The notes beneath the pieces were generated by a model, which made no database searches, had not been told where the DNA came from, and saw only the letters and a list, made by a program, of their open reading frames with translations. This document shows positions 1-13,154 of a DNA stretch of 64,000 nucleotides, piece by piece (the stretch's first letter is position 1; the number at the start of each line of letters is the position of its first letter). Origin of the DNA: Takakia lepidozioides (lineage: Eukaryota; Plantae; Bryophyta); contig CM060733.1 in the NCBI GenBank assembly GCA_030704615.1, forward strand, positions 34,534,001 to 34,598,000, given 5' to 3'. The translations under genes and the position numbers were made by a program.

Positions 1-2174
1 GGGCAACTTGGTCACGCCATGTGTTCTGCCAATACTTTTCCACACTCGTGATGACAGCCTTGAAATTGTCCAACACCTCCTCCTGCTGGGGGTCTCTGCG
101 CAACTCTGGAAGAACTGGCCCATCATCCCGACGAGGCACCCAGTACGTCTCATTCATATCCTCCCAACGGATGCTAGCGGCCTCCAACTCCCTCAGAAAT
201 AGGTCTCTCCCAATCGGTTCGCGATTGTATGGGTCGTTTTCCGCTGGCACCCACGGATCCTCAAGCAGTCGGAAGAATCTTTGTCTAGTACAGCTCCAAT
301 GCCCTCCCAAGTTCCGGCAAAAAAGCTCCTTTGGACTGGGTCCCGTATGCCTCTAGCACGCACGGTTATTTCCCAGTTGGATGTCACCCAAAATGTCACC
401 AGATCTTTAATCCTAGTTAACGTCTTCGCATCCAAGGCGTGCATCTTTCTTGGAGCATCCCATGTCATTGTCTCCCCCCAGTGTTGTCAATTTAAAAAAT
501 CGTAAGGCGATACATCCAATGGCATGTTGTACCAGTTGTACTCGTTGGCTGGCTCGCATGGCTGCCGATATGAGACATGTGGGATGGAACAAATGGCCAC
601 ATGAACCAAACATATAGCCTCCCTCAGGTCCATAAGGGTTTAGGCACATTGTGCACACCATACCATCTGTTACCCATGACGCTGGATTGCTCTAACGTCC
701 GTTTATCCTCATTAATGTAGGAAGACATCCTCGGTCTGGTGTCCCACTCCTCCTCTACTTCCAAATCCCAGTTTATGCTGTTATTGGTATCGGAAATTGT
801 ATGCACACAGTGCTCAAACATGACATGCACATCACCCCATGTGGTGAATCCAGTGTACTTCGACGTGAATACATCACGCATAGTGTCGTGCCTTTGCAAA
901 TTAGCATAGATGCTATCTACGCTTTGATTCGACAAACGTGTTGCACGTTGGAGGGAGGACAACGTTTTTTCTATCCGTGTTTCCCGCGATGTTAGATGGC
1001 CCGCCCATGTCACCCAATTCCACCAATTCCCCTTCAACCATGGCCACGATCGGATTTGCATGACATTTGAGTACCGATATGCAACAGCCCTAGCTTGCTC
1101 GCGTTCCCCCATAAGCTGCTCTAATTCCTGTTTTTGGGCCGATGTAATTTGCACGGCTGAACATTCCCCAGTTTCCACTATAGGGTCCTTCCTTTTTCTT
1201 GCCCTCTCCGCCGCAAGTCTTTCTTCCTCAACCATCGTCGGGTCCAGTTCAGACGTTTGCACTTCATTCCCATGCCCGATTGAGTCAACCCCGTCGATGA
1301 CGCGGTCAATGTCCATTGGTGGCATATTCAAACGTGCCAATATGTCTTGTTCGTTGGTGATTGGCCTCGGATCCTGAAGCACACCATGTACGCTGTCGAG
1401 AATCCCCAACCCCATTCTTTCCAGCAACTTCGCTCTTTGCAAATGAACAATGTCCTGCAGGTCTTTGATGTGCTGTTCATGTGCGGCCAACTGTTCCTCC
1501 AACGGAGAGCGTACCTCGCCCCCCTCCACCTCAGACGTTGAAGGCCCGGCTGCGGAGACCTATTGCGGCATATAATCTGGAGGATGGTCTGCATTTCCTC
1601 TTTCTTCCACATCGTCGTTTCCATCCGCCTTTCCTCCTTCTACCACCTCGTCGTTTCCATCGAACCGTATGATGTTCTGCCCCTGACATATATACAAGTC
1701 TGGGATATCAGAGAACATGTATAGTCTAGTACGCTGTCTCGTAGGGGCAGTTTGCCAATGCACTGGTCGCAATAAAATCAACTCTGTGTACAACATGGCC
1801 GCAAATAAATACGGGACCTTGTTGTTGACGAGCGGTTGACCCCACAATGTTGTATGTACCTCCTCTGCCCTGTGGCGGAAATGCGGGTTGGCGCAGGAAT
1901 GCAAACTAGTTTGATTTTGTTTGGTTTATGGATCATGCCTATCTCTGGGCCACAAACGATTTATGTGACACCAGTCCACAAATTTCCTGCAGTCACCAAG
2001 CGACCACCGCTGCCCCAACTTCCAAACTTCCCAACCTGGTTCCGCAAGAATGTTGGGGTCATTGTATATGTCCCAACGAAGTTCGCGCCTGACCCCTTTT
2101 GGTTTTTTTTTGGGAGGTCCATGTTCATTATCGTCATCCCTGGGATGACCTCCTCTGTCTTCCTCCTCCGTCAT
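1..2174 (-). pseudogene. Degenerate RING-H2-containing gene, left-arm copy
   Basis: Fragmented ORFs. CTMCLNPYGPEGGYMFGSCGHLFHPTCLIS in 413..661. The last CxxC pair is removed by a deletion near 545 relative to the right-arm copy. Confidence 0.7.
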
Positions 2175-2630
2175 TTATGGCTTTGGCTTACCCCTACTCG
2201 ACAGGTGTTTGCTAAGAAAAATGCTCTCCCAACCCTCCTAAATCGTACCTAATCCTACTCCCTAATGAATCCTCCCCAAGTACTAGAGGCACGTGTCACT
2301 CTCTCGGCAGTTCTAAGTGATATGACGCAATGTCCAATGAAAAAAACATGGGTGCTAGAGGAGGGCTTCCCGGGAGGTACTCAGCATCGATTTTGTAGAA
2401 TCCAACGGCCCAGAATACCCCCCACCCAACCAATAGCACCCATCTCCACTTGGTCTCAATGACAAGGAATGCAACATCCCATCGTCCACCAAGTCCTGGT
2501 GTGGAGAAAAGTGAGGGAGAGAATGGCCTCCAAGGCCTTATAAGCCCCCCATCCACACTCGGGGTGCGCGCTGTCATCATGACTGCACACGCTAGTAATA
2601 GCTGCGACCGCCAGCAGGGGTGGTCGCATC
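1..2630 (-). repeat. Left arm of a long inverted repeat (pairs with ~8000-10634; runs off the window start)
   Basis: Base 1 onward is the reverse complement of sequence ending at ~10634. ORFs 1926..2174(-), 624..1529(-) and 193..468(-) mirror 8452..8844(+), 9131..10021(+) and 10190..10471(+). Confidence 0.95.
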
Positions 2631-3480
2631 TTTTTTTCTTTTCTTTATTATGTGCGACCACTAGCAGGGGGGTGGTTGCTTTTTTTTAATAGGTGCGACC
2701 ACCAGCTGGGGGGTGGTCGCAGATTTGTTTATGTTTTGTAATGGGTGCGACCACCAGCAGGGGGGTGGTCGCAGATTTGTTTATTTTTTTTAACGGGTGC
2801 GACCACCAGCAGGGGGGTTGTCGCAGATTTATTTTTTATTTTTTTTTAATGGGTGCGACCACCAGCAGGGGGGTGGTCGCAAAATTTTTTTTTTTTTAAT
2901 CAGCAGGGAGGTGGTCGCATAATTTTTATTTATTTTTAATAGGCGCGACCACCAATAGAGGGGTGGTCGTAGAAATTTTGTTTAAAACAAATAGGTACGA
3001 CCACCACCTGCTGGTGGTCGCACTATTTTCTTTTTATTTAATAGATGTGACCACCAGCAGGGGGGTGGTCGCATAATTTTCCGATTTTTTAATATCTACC
3101 AACAGTCAGTAGCTCAGTTGGTTAAGTGCACTGAGTGCGACACGAACGATTCTGGGGTCAAATCTTGCTACTTGATGGGTGTGGTATGGTTTGTGTGTGG
3201 GGCCCCATTCCTACGCCTCTTGGTGCATAAATGAAAGAGGTTATTTTCTCCTCTCACTACTAAGGGGCCTGATTTGTGAGCTGTCGCTCCCAGGTGTTTC
3301 CCAAAATAAAATAAAATAAAATCTGCAAGCAGGGGTAATCAGTAAATCAGTAAATAGGTGCGACTACGGGCAGGGAGGTGGTCGCAACATTTTTATTTTA
3401 TTTTAACAGTTGCGACGACCGCTACTGGTGGTCACACAATTGTTTTTTTTTAAATAGGTGCGACCACCAGGAGGTTGGTC
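2600..3480. repeat. Array of palindromic units TGCGACCACCAGCAGGGGGGTGGTCGCA with T-rich spacers
   Basis: More than ten copies at ~40-60 bp period. Each unit is a GCGACCACC/GGTGGTCGC stem. Confidence 0.92.
3100..3321 (+). mobile_element. tRNA-derived SINE-like insertion within the array
   Basis: A-box TAGCTCAGTTGG (3110-3121), B-box-like GGGTCAAATC (3155-3164), a non-tRNA body and an (AAAAT)n tail ending ~3321. Confidence 0.6.
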
Positions 3481-3795
3481 CCCTTGCACCTGTATGTATG
3501 TTTGGAGAGGCAGATGAAAAGCACATGTATCGACTCCCCATGGATTTGTGAAGGGGAAGATGAATGTTGGGAGCTGCACCTGACTTTTGTGGCTTTCGAA
3601 ACCATAATAGGAAATCAACAATGTAAAGGTAATGACGAAACACAAACACACGCACAACCACCAAACCCTTTCTTGGGTACACATATTCCACCATTTTTAT
3701 TTCCGTACACGTATGCATGTACCCAAACTGAAACATGGATATCCATGGAAATATACTACACATCATGTGACAGGTCACAGAAGTTATAGCTGTAC

Positions 3796-4763
3796 CTAAT
3801 TCCGTCTGGCACGACGACGATGGTATGATCTCACGTCTAGTACAAAATCTTCGTCCTCACTCACTTCACCCCCGTTCCCATGATCAGTGCTAGAATCATG
3901 ATCTCCATCTGTTCTTTCGTTTCCAGAGGCAACTGGCCGTTGGACCCGTAGTCGTCCTCGGAGTACGTTCAGTTGTCTCTCTGGTCGATTTCCACTCCTA
4001 TCATGAATACCATCTAGGGCATCAGGCCTGTTCACAAGTCGGTCACCAACAAAAGGTTGCACAATTCTCTGCCGTTTCTGGGCTTGTCCCGGATTTCGTG
4101 GTGGCCTTGGAGCAGGTCTCTTATGAGAAAGGCTACTTGCACGTACATCAGAGGGGCCGACATGAGAGGAAGGGGCATGAGATGGACCAGCGAGGGTCCA
4201 GGGAGCACGGTTCACATGCGGACGTCGTCGGGCCAGATGAAACGACAATGGCCGGTCGTCGTCATCCAATGGTTCGACTTGCAGAAGTCCCGCAGCACAA
4301 GAACCATCTCCCAGGATCGGAGTAGCGATGGAAGGAATTACATGAGGGGGAGAGAGACTAGACGGACCAGCATGGGATGGACCGGCTTGAGAAAGAGAAA
4401 CATGAGATGGAGCGGGGTGAGATGAAGCACGGTTCACAGGGGCACGATGTCGGTGAAGGAATGACAACGGCCGGTTGTCATCATCCGACGATTCGACCTG
4501 CACATCTCCCGCAGTCCGTGGAACTCGTGGTGGGGGAGAGTTGACCTCAACTTCATTGGGATGACACCATTTCGCAGTTCATCAACAACAAGGTCATCGA
4601 AGGATGGATGCATTGCAGCATCATCATCATTAAATTCATATGGGTCATGTGGAGGATTGCCCACATCATCGGACCCATCCCAACCGTCGAAGTCGGAGTC
4701 CCTCGCGGCGTCAGTGTCATCATTGCTGCTAGATTGGACCTCTGAGGCAGATTCTTCAGACAA
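3796..4763 (-). CDS. Low-complexity acidic/Ser-Pro-Arg ORFs, probably the disordered C-terminal extension of the hAT transposase
   Basis: Same strand as, and directly after, the hAT dimerisation domain. Contains an internal duplication VESSDDDNRPLSF / VEPLDDDDRPLSF. Confidence 0.4.
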
Positions 4764-4779
4764 CAGATTCTTCTCGTAC

Positions 4780-6720
4780 TATGCAGATGCATCATTTGCT
4801 CTCCTCTCTCGCAGTAGCCTACAATTCGTGTAGTATAAACCAATTTGTCAGCCCTGGCATGATTCAACCTGTTGCGAATCTTGTTGTGAACAAACGAGTA
4901 ACTGCTCCAGTTTTGCTCAGAGGACGAGGCAGAGCACACTTGAGCAAGAATACGCTTTGCAATGGGAGCTAACGTTCTTGCTCCAGCTCCAATCAGATCC
5001 CACCATTCATGTGGCAACATGTTCATTGCTTTTGGATCCGGCATATCATGGAAAAAATTCTGCCGATCCAGAGGTACTCGGACAACGCTCGCTCTGCCAT
5101 GTTCAAGGGCGCAAGTTGCATGATGACCCGTACAAGCCCGACTTTGGCATCCACATCGTCTCTCAAATCCATATTGTCCAGCAAGAATGGATTCAGCAAG
5201 GCCCCCGCATAATGCAAGTCCGTGCGAACCATCCGTTTGCGGTCGTAAAATGCATCCTCGGTCCTTGCCGCCAAATCATCGTCCATAGAAAATAGAGGAC
5301 GCCTTAAGGATTGCACGTGCTTCTCAAGGTTTTCCAATATCAACCATGTTTTATCCATTATTGGTTGTTTTCCATCAAACTCCCGCAAAGCAATCAATAC
5401 CGGCTCCACCATGTACACAAAATTTGCACATTTCGCCCAGAAATCGTCAGAGCGAATGATTGCGCGGACCCTCCGACTTTTGTCAAAGACTTGGACTTGC
5501 GAGAGTCGCATAAGGTGCCCACATACCCATCCCATTGAGGGTCAATGATCACCTGCTCCAGACCCGCCCTCACAGTCACCAGTCGATCCACCATCAAAAA
5601 GTTTGTGGCAAAGCGGGTTTCACCCGGGTTCCTAAGGCTGTATTTGGGTTCATGCTTTCTAAACAATGCCAGAGGGATGTGATGTGTACGAATGAACGTC
5701 ACAACCAACTTTGCCCTTTTTACTAGTTGTTTCATCTTTGATTCTTTTCCCCAATCCTCCAAAAGGAGATCAAAGATATGAGCAGCACACCCTTGGTAAT
5801 ATAGATGGGGATATCGTACAATCAAAATATCGGCCATATTAACCATGTTAGATGCATTGTCCGTGTAAACTTGGACAATTTTATTAGCTCCAATTTTATT
5901 GATGTAACTCGTCAACAACCCTGCTTGATAACGTGCATCTTTTCTCTCCCCGCTTGTGTCAAGGGATCCCAAAAATTGTTCTCCCGCAGGACAGACCAGC
6001 ATGACATTGAACAGTGGTCGATTAGTAACAGAACTCCAACCGTCCGCACATATAGTGCTTCCATATTTCCGGAGAGAATCATCTGTCTTTTCATTCACCT
6101 TTTGGGTGAGGTCAGACATAGCCTCTTCTAGCAATCCTGTGCGGAGATCGCGATAACTCGGAGGTGTGTATGTGGACTTGGAATCGGACGTGGCTTTGAC
6201 AGCAGACACAAACGCAGGAAGCCTCGAGACATTGAACGGAATATTGGCCTCGTAGAAAAATTGGGCCCACTTCTTATCCAGAGTCCTCCTGTGCGACAAA
6301 TTTAAGCCTTCTTGCATTGATTGTTGTCTCAATGGTCTGGTCCGTACAAGTGTTGGCGTACAATCGGGTGTTGCTCCTGACCCACCGGCTTCTCCACGAA
6401 CAGTAGACGCCTCGCAAGAATCCCCCTGGGTACAACTCTGAGGGACAGTTTGATTTGAACCTGGAGTGTTTGGCTCAGAAGCCGCGGCCACATCAAGAGA
6501 CGGTGGGATATTGCCTCTACATTGGACAAAGTGGGCTTTCACTCGCATGGAGGCTTTTGGGCACAAACTAACCCCTGCATTCTTCCCATCTCTGTAGCCG
6601 AGGTGATATAACATGTGATCTTTGCGACCCGCCAGCTCCAATGCACAAAGATTGCATTGAACACCGTCATTTTTGTGCGGGTCTATGGTGAACCAAGGGA
6701 TCCACTCCTACCTCATCCTC
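4780..6720 (-). pseudogene. hAT-superfamily transposase (BED-like finger, DUF659 catalytic region, hAT dimerisation domain), frameshifted
   Basis: CNLC...HMLYHL N-terminus. FFYEANIPFN, TICADGWSS, CAAHIFDLLLED and ETRFATNF in 5394..6641. WW...LAPIAKRILAQVCSASSSEQNWSSYSFVHNKIRNRL in 4553..5044. Split over three ORFs. Confidence 0.92.
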
Positions 6721-7039
6721 ACACCCAAAAACCTAACCACAGACTTAAGGTTGAACGAAGAACACTAGTGTACTTGGTAGATTTGTGAAGAGCAATAGAA
6801 GTTAGAACAGAATGCGATGGCCCAACACTACGATATCAATCCAAGTGGATGAATGCACCATGTAGTGTTGTGCTTTTCGACAATTTGCACCCTCATCTTG
6901 GGCTTACACTCTTGCTCAAAGAATAGAGAACATTCACTCGCCACAAAAGTGTTTGCCACAAAAGAAGTGAGGGGCATTGGGACCACCTTATATATCCTCC
7001 AGCCTCTAAGCCTCACACGCTCAACGAATCAGATCCAAT

Positions 7040-8030
7040 GCTGCGACCGCTCCAGGTCGCACGAGGAAGTCGCATGTTTTTTTTAAAAAAAAACTACTGC
7101 GACCACCCTCATGCTGGTGGTCGCACCTATTAAAAAAAAGAAAAATGCTGCGACCACCCCATGCTCGTGGTCACAAAGATTATTTAAAAAACAAAAAAAT
7201 TGTTGCGACCACCCCTCTGCTGGTGGTCGCACCTATTAAAAAAACAAAAAATTTCTGCGACCACCCCCCTGCTGGTGGTCGCACCTATTAAACAAATAGA
7301 AAATTTCTGCAACCACCCCCATGCTGGTGGTTGCACCTATTTTTAAAAAAAAATGCTGCGACCACCCCCATGCTCGTGGTCACAGAGAATATTTTTTAAA
7401 AACAAAAATAAAATAAAATTTTGGGACCACTCCCCTGCTGGTGGTCGCACCTATTAAAAAAACAGAAAAATGCTGCGACCAACCCCATGCTGGTGGTTGT
7501 AGATATTAAAAAATAGAAAAAAGTTGCGACCACCCCCCTGATGGTGGTCGCACCTATTACAAATAAAATAAAAATTGTGCGACCACCAGTAGCGGTGGTC
7601 GCAACTGTTTAAGAAAAGAAAAAAATGCGACCACCCCTGCTGGTGGTCGCATCTATTTTTAAAAAACAAAAAATGCTACGACAACCCCTTTGCTGGTGGT
7701 CGCAACTATTAAAAAATAAGATAAATTCTGCGACCACCACCATTTGGAGGTCGCACCAATTTAAGAATAATGATTTAAAAATGACCTCAACTATTGGCGG
7801 ATGGAGTAATTTATAAAACAATTCATTCACTTGCCAAGGTGTCGCTTGGAATACAACGTGTCCACCTACGTGGCATATTTTTCACCTAACTCATGTTTTA
7901 CTGATTTTCCGGCAAAACTGACGCGACGTTGGTCGCGTCAGCGTCACGTCCGACGACCACCCCCCTGCTGGTGGTCGCACCTATTAAAATAAATAAAAAT
8001 TCTGCGACCACCCTTGCTGGCAGTCGCAGC
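7040..8030. repeat. Second array of the palindromic unit, in opposite orientation (A-rich spacers)
   Basis: Repeated TGCGACCACCCCCCTGCTGGTGGTCGCA, the reverse complement of the 2600-3480 unit. Confidence 0.92.
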
Positions 8031-10634
8031 TATTACTAGCGTGAGCAGTCATGATGACAGCGCACGCCCCGAGTGTGGAGGGGGGGCTTATAAGGCCTTG
8101 GAGGCCATTCTCTCCCTCACTTTTCTCCACACCAGGACTTGGTGGGCGATGGGATGTTGCATTCCTTGTCATTGAGTCCAAGTGGAGAGGGGTGCTATTG
8201 GTTGGGTGGGGGGTATTTTGGGCCGTTGGATTCTATGAAATCGATGCTAAGTACCTCCCGGGAAGCCCTCCTCTAGCACCCACGTTTTTTTCATATTGCG
8301 TCATATCACTTAGAACTGCTGAGAGAGTGACACATGCCTCTAGTACTTGGGGAGGATTCATTAGGGAGTAGGATTAGGTACGATTTAGGAAGGTTGGGAG
8401 AGCATTTTTCTTAGCAAACACCTGTCGAGTAAGGGTAAGCCAAAGTCATAAATGGCGGAGGAAGAAGATAGAGGAGGTCATCCCAGGGATGACGATAATG
8501 AACCTGGACCTCTAAAAAACAAACCAAAAGGGGCCAGACGCGAACTTTGTTGGGACATATACAATGACCCCAACATTCTTGCGGAACCAGGTTGGGAAGT
8601 TTGGAAGTTGGGGCAGCGGTGGTTGCTTGGTGACTGCAGGAAATTTGTGGACTGGTATCACATAAATCGTTTGTGGCCCAGAGATAGGCATGATCCACAA
8701 ACCAAACAAAATCAAGCTAGCTTGCATTTTTGCGCCAATCCGCATTTCCGCCACATGGCAGAGGAGGTACATACAACATTGTGGGGTCAACCGCTCGTCA
8801 ACAACAAGGTCTCGTATTTATTTGCAGCCATGTTGTACACATAGTTGATTTTATTGCGACCGGTGGATTGACAAACTGCCACTGCGAGACGGAAACGACG
8901 AGGTGGAAGAAGGAGGAAAGACGGATGGAAAAGACGATGTGGAAGAAAGAAGAAATGCAGACCAACCTCCAGATTATACGCCGCAATAGGTCTCCGCAGT
9001 CGGGCCTTCAACGTCTGAGGTGGAGGGGGGCGAGGTACGCTCTCCGTTGGAGGAACAGTTGGCCGCACATGAACAACACATCAAAGACCTGCAGGACATT
9101 GTTCATTTGCAACGGTGACAACTAGCGAAGTTGCTGGAAAGAATGGGGTTGGGGACTCTCGACAGCGTACGCGGTGTGTTTCAGGACCCGAGGCCAATCA
9201 CCAACGAGCAAGACATATTGGCACGTTTGAATATGCCACCAATGGACATTGACCGCGTCATCGACGGGGTTAACTCAATCGGGCATGGGAATGAAGTGCA
9301 AACGTCTGAACTGGACCCGGCGATGGTTGAGGAAGAACGACTTGCGGCGAAGAGGGCAAGAAAAAAGAAGGACCCCATAGTGGAAACTGGGGAATGTTCA
9401 GCCGTGCAAATTACATCGGCCCAAGAACATGAATTAGAGCAGCTTGTGGGGGAACGCGAGCAAGCTAGGGCTGTTGCATATCGGTACTCAAATGCCATGC
9501 AAATCTGATCGTGGCCATGGTTGAAGGGGAATTGGCGGAAGTGGGTGACATGGGCGGGCCATCTAGCACCGCGGGAAACACGGATAGAAGAAGCGTTGTC
9601 CTCCCTCCAACGTGCAACACGTTTGTCGAATCGAAGCGTAGATAGCATCTATGCTAATTTGCAAAGGCACGACACTATGCGTGATGTATTCACGTCGAAG
9701 TACACTGGATTCACTACATGGGGTGATGTGCATGTCATGTTTGAGCACTGTGTGCATACAATTTCCGATACCAATAACAACATAAACTGGGATTTGGAAG
9801 TGGAGGAGGAGTGGGACACCAGGCCGAGGATGTCTTCCTACATTAATGAGGATGAACGGACGTCAGAGCAATCCAGCGTCATGGGTAACAAATGGTACGG
9901 TGTGCACAATGTGCCTAAACCCTTATGGACTGGAGGGAGGCTATATGCTTGGTTCATGTGGCCATTTGTTCCATCCCACATGTCTCATATCGGCAGCCAT
10001 GCGAGCCAGCCAATGCCCTGACTGCCGTGGCCCAATCCATCGACGTTTCTACGAGTTGTTTGGGTTGCAAGACAATATGCCCACAGGATACTAGTACAAC
10101 CGGTACAACATGCCATTGGATGTATCGCCTTACGATTTTTAAATTGACAACACTGGGGGGAGACAATGACATGAGATGCTCCAAGAGAGATGCACGCCTT
10201 GGATGCGAAGACGTTAACTAGGGTTAAAGATCCGGTGACATTTTGGGTGACATCCAACTGGGAAATAACCGTGCGTGCTAGAGGCATACGGGACCCAGTC
10301 CAAAGGGAGCTTTTTTGTCGGAACTTGGGAGGGCATTGGAGCTGTACCAGACAAAGATTCTTCCGACTGCTTGAGGATCCGTGGGTGCCAGCGGAAAACG
10401 ACCCATACAATCGCGAACCGATTGGGAGAGACCTATTTCTGAGGGAGTTGGAGGCCGCTAGCATCCGTTAGGAGGATATGAATGAGACGTACTGGGTGCC
10501 TCGTCGGGATGATGGGCCATTTCTTCCAGAGTTGCGCAGAGACCCCCAGCAGGAGGAGGTGTTGGACAATTTCAAGGCTGTCATCACAAGTGTGGAAAAA
10601 TATTGGCAGAACACATGGCGTGACCAAATTGCCC
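8000..10634 (+). repeat. Right arm of the long inverted repeat
   Basis: Reverse-complement identity to 1-2630 apart from substitutions and small indels. Confidence 0.95.
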
Positions 10635-10933
10635 CTATTCCAAGGGTGTTCTTGCCACTTCCAAACATATCGGATTTAATTGAAAAATTGCATGCCGCCG
10701 TAGCAAGAGCGACACACCCGGCTCTGGCAAATGTGGAAGAGAGTCAGCACTCACCTAGAACGCTACGCATGATGGCAAGGGTGGACCACACAACACTGGG
10801 TCCCTCTTTGACCACTCGAGCCCAGGCTCGAGCTCTCCGTACTGGTGGAGGCACGTCCTCTACACCCGGAGCATCTTCATCAACATCTGGAGATGACGAC
10901 AACGAAGTAATAAATCTAGATGAAGATGACTAG
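8452..10933 (+). pseudogene. Degenerate gene containing a RING-H2 finger, right-arm copy
   Basis: CTMC...CGHLFHPTC...CPDC (C3H2C3) in 9846..10094. Flanking ORF pieces 8452..8844, 9131..9508, 9521..10021, 10190..10471 and 10478..10933 are separated by stops and frameshifts. Confidence 0.75.
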
Positions 10934-11029
10934 AAAGGCTAGAAACGTAGGGAGTAGGCCAAAGGTCTCAGGTTGCGAAAACTTAAATGTGCAACCCACT
11001 ATATAGTCTACGTAATTTTTGGAAATACG

Positions 11030-12578
11030 AGGTTCATCCTTTGAACCATTTTTGAATGACCTCATACTTGCTCGGTACCTGTTTGACAGCATGTACAATA
11101 TACTGGCAAAGTTTCAAAACAATAAAAAATTGCTGAATGAACATACCATTGGTTCACCCATTGCAATATTTTAAATTGAACTCATACTTGTCCGGTACCT
11201 TTAAGAGGGCATGTACAATGCAATGGCAAAGTTTGAAACCATTCAAAAATCGGCACATCAAGTAACCATTGGTTCCTCCTGTGAACCATACTTCTCCGGT
11301 CCATGTAAGAGGCATGTAGAACATGTTAGCAAAATTTCAAATCATTCAATTTTTTTTTTTATCAATGAACCTTTGGTTTATCCTTTTCACCATTAACGAT
11401 TAATCACAAATAAATGAACAGACGCATAAATCATTTGCCTCCAAATCATTTTGGTTCGCTTTGAGACTTGGCCAGTATCTTCAATGTACCATGGAAGAGG
11501 CCCCAGAAAAATATGAGATCAATCGAAATTTGTTCAATGGGCCAACGGATGGTTGCCCATCCAAATGATTTTCGTTCACTTTGAGACTTGGCCAGTGTGT
11601 TCAATGTACCCTCTGATAGGTCCTAGTGTAATATGAGATTAATCGAAATTCGTTCGATGGGCCAATGAGGCGTTCAGTTGTCATCTAGTTTTTGTTCATT
11701 GCGAAAAAGAAATCCTGCAATGCGTGCACGGCTATTGCACCCATTGAACGGATGTGGTTGAAGCCCGTTTTTTGCCCGCATGTGTGCGACATATGTGTGC
11801 AGACACAACAGACAAATAAATCATTTGCCTCCCCATCGACACCAAGCCATTCCATAATGTAATTGAATTTAAATTAATTTTCAGCCAATAAATAGGTTTG
11901 CACTGCCTTTCATTGGGAGTTTCTGGCACGTATCGATTTTGTTTTTGGCTCAATTTTATTCTGCGGCTTCCAGCATCCTATCACTACCCCCCGCCAAAAT
12001 TTGGACCAATAAAAAATGCCCCCAAAAAAAAGTGTTCTCTTCGCTCACTATTGCAGAACTCTCTATGAAGAGTGCATGAAGTTGAACACAAATCAAGTTT
12101 GGAGTGCAAAACAGGGAAGAAACTGTGGTTTTGGGTCCAAATGAATTATGTTCACTCCCAAATTTGGCACGCACGTTTCATATGGCTACATTACATGCCC
12201 CATTCAAAAACCGAATGAAAAAAAAAATCGTGAGCACGCGAAACACAGTCCAACAGGTCCCAAAGCAATAGCAGCTCCAGCGGAATACATTCAACGGGTG
12301 AACGGATGGTTGCCCATCCAAATCATTTTTGTTTGTTTCCAAACTTTGCCAGTACGTTTGAGACACCCTCTCACAGGTCCTGGACATATATCAGATCAAT
12401 CAAAATTCATTCAATGGCTCAACGGATGGTTGGCCATCGAGATGATTTTGGTTCGCTTTGAGACTTGGCCAGTATGTTCAATGTGCCATGGAAGAGGCCC
12501 CAGAGTAATATGAGATCAATCGAAATTCGTTCAATGGGCCGACGGTTGGTTGCCCATCCAAATGATTTTCGTTCGCTC
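11030..12578. repeat. Degenerate tandem repeats of ~120 bp (ATCCAAATGATTTT..GAGACTTGGCCAGT..GAGATCAATCGAAATT)
   Basis: Units at ~11440, 11560, 12315, 12435 and 12555, plus a separate CATACTT..GGTACC..GCATGTACAAT repeat at 11060-11330. Confidence 0.75.
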
Positions 12579-13154
12579 TTCACTCATACCTCTTCATGAG
12601 CTTGGAGCTAAAGCTCCCAACGGGCTGCGATGCATCCCCTCGCAGCTCCACTATTCGGCTGCTCCTCATCTACCCGCAACAACTAGTTTTGGGTAGAAAT
12701 ACCTGGAGCTGATCATATCATCTACAACCTGCAACACGCTAGTTTCCCATGCGCAGCCCACATTTCTGCAGCTCCTTAACTCGGCCTGCAGCTGAAGAAG
12801 ACGACCACCAGTTCGCCCACTCATAGCCAACATCTCCTCCGCTTCACACTAGAAGCCCAAACTTGGTTGCCATAGCGTTGAGCTATGCAACGCCGCTCTT
12901 CAACATAGGCTACTCGCCTCTCTATCTATGGCAAACCTGCAACTTGTTCGCTTTTGCACTCTATCCGCTTTGGATAGGCTCATGCACGGCTCCCTGCACT
13001 CTAGGCTGAACTGCTTCTCATGATCTGAAAACACAAGTGCTACAACTAACTCGAACCTGGCACTCACAGTCTCGAGCTCATCTTTCTCGAGTGACAAGGA
13101 AATGAATGATACAAGCATACAAACTCTCTCAAACTCACACACTTGCACATGAAA

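Noticed and set aside
3100-3175. Functional tRNA gene
   Set aside because: The A box is present, but I cannot fold a convincing acceptor stem or T arm, and it continues into a body and A-rich tail like a SINE.
2600-8030. CRISPR array interpretation of the interspaced palindromes
   Set aside because: The spacers are low-complexity poly-T/poly-A of variable length rather than unique sequences, there are no cas genes, and the context is eukaryotic and next to a hAT transposase.
1-10634. Assembly artefact producing the inverted repeat
   Set aside because: The arms differ by many substitutions and by independent deletions.
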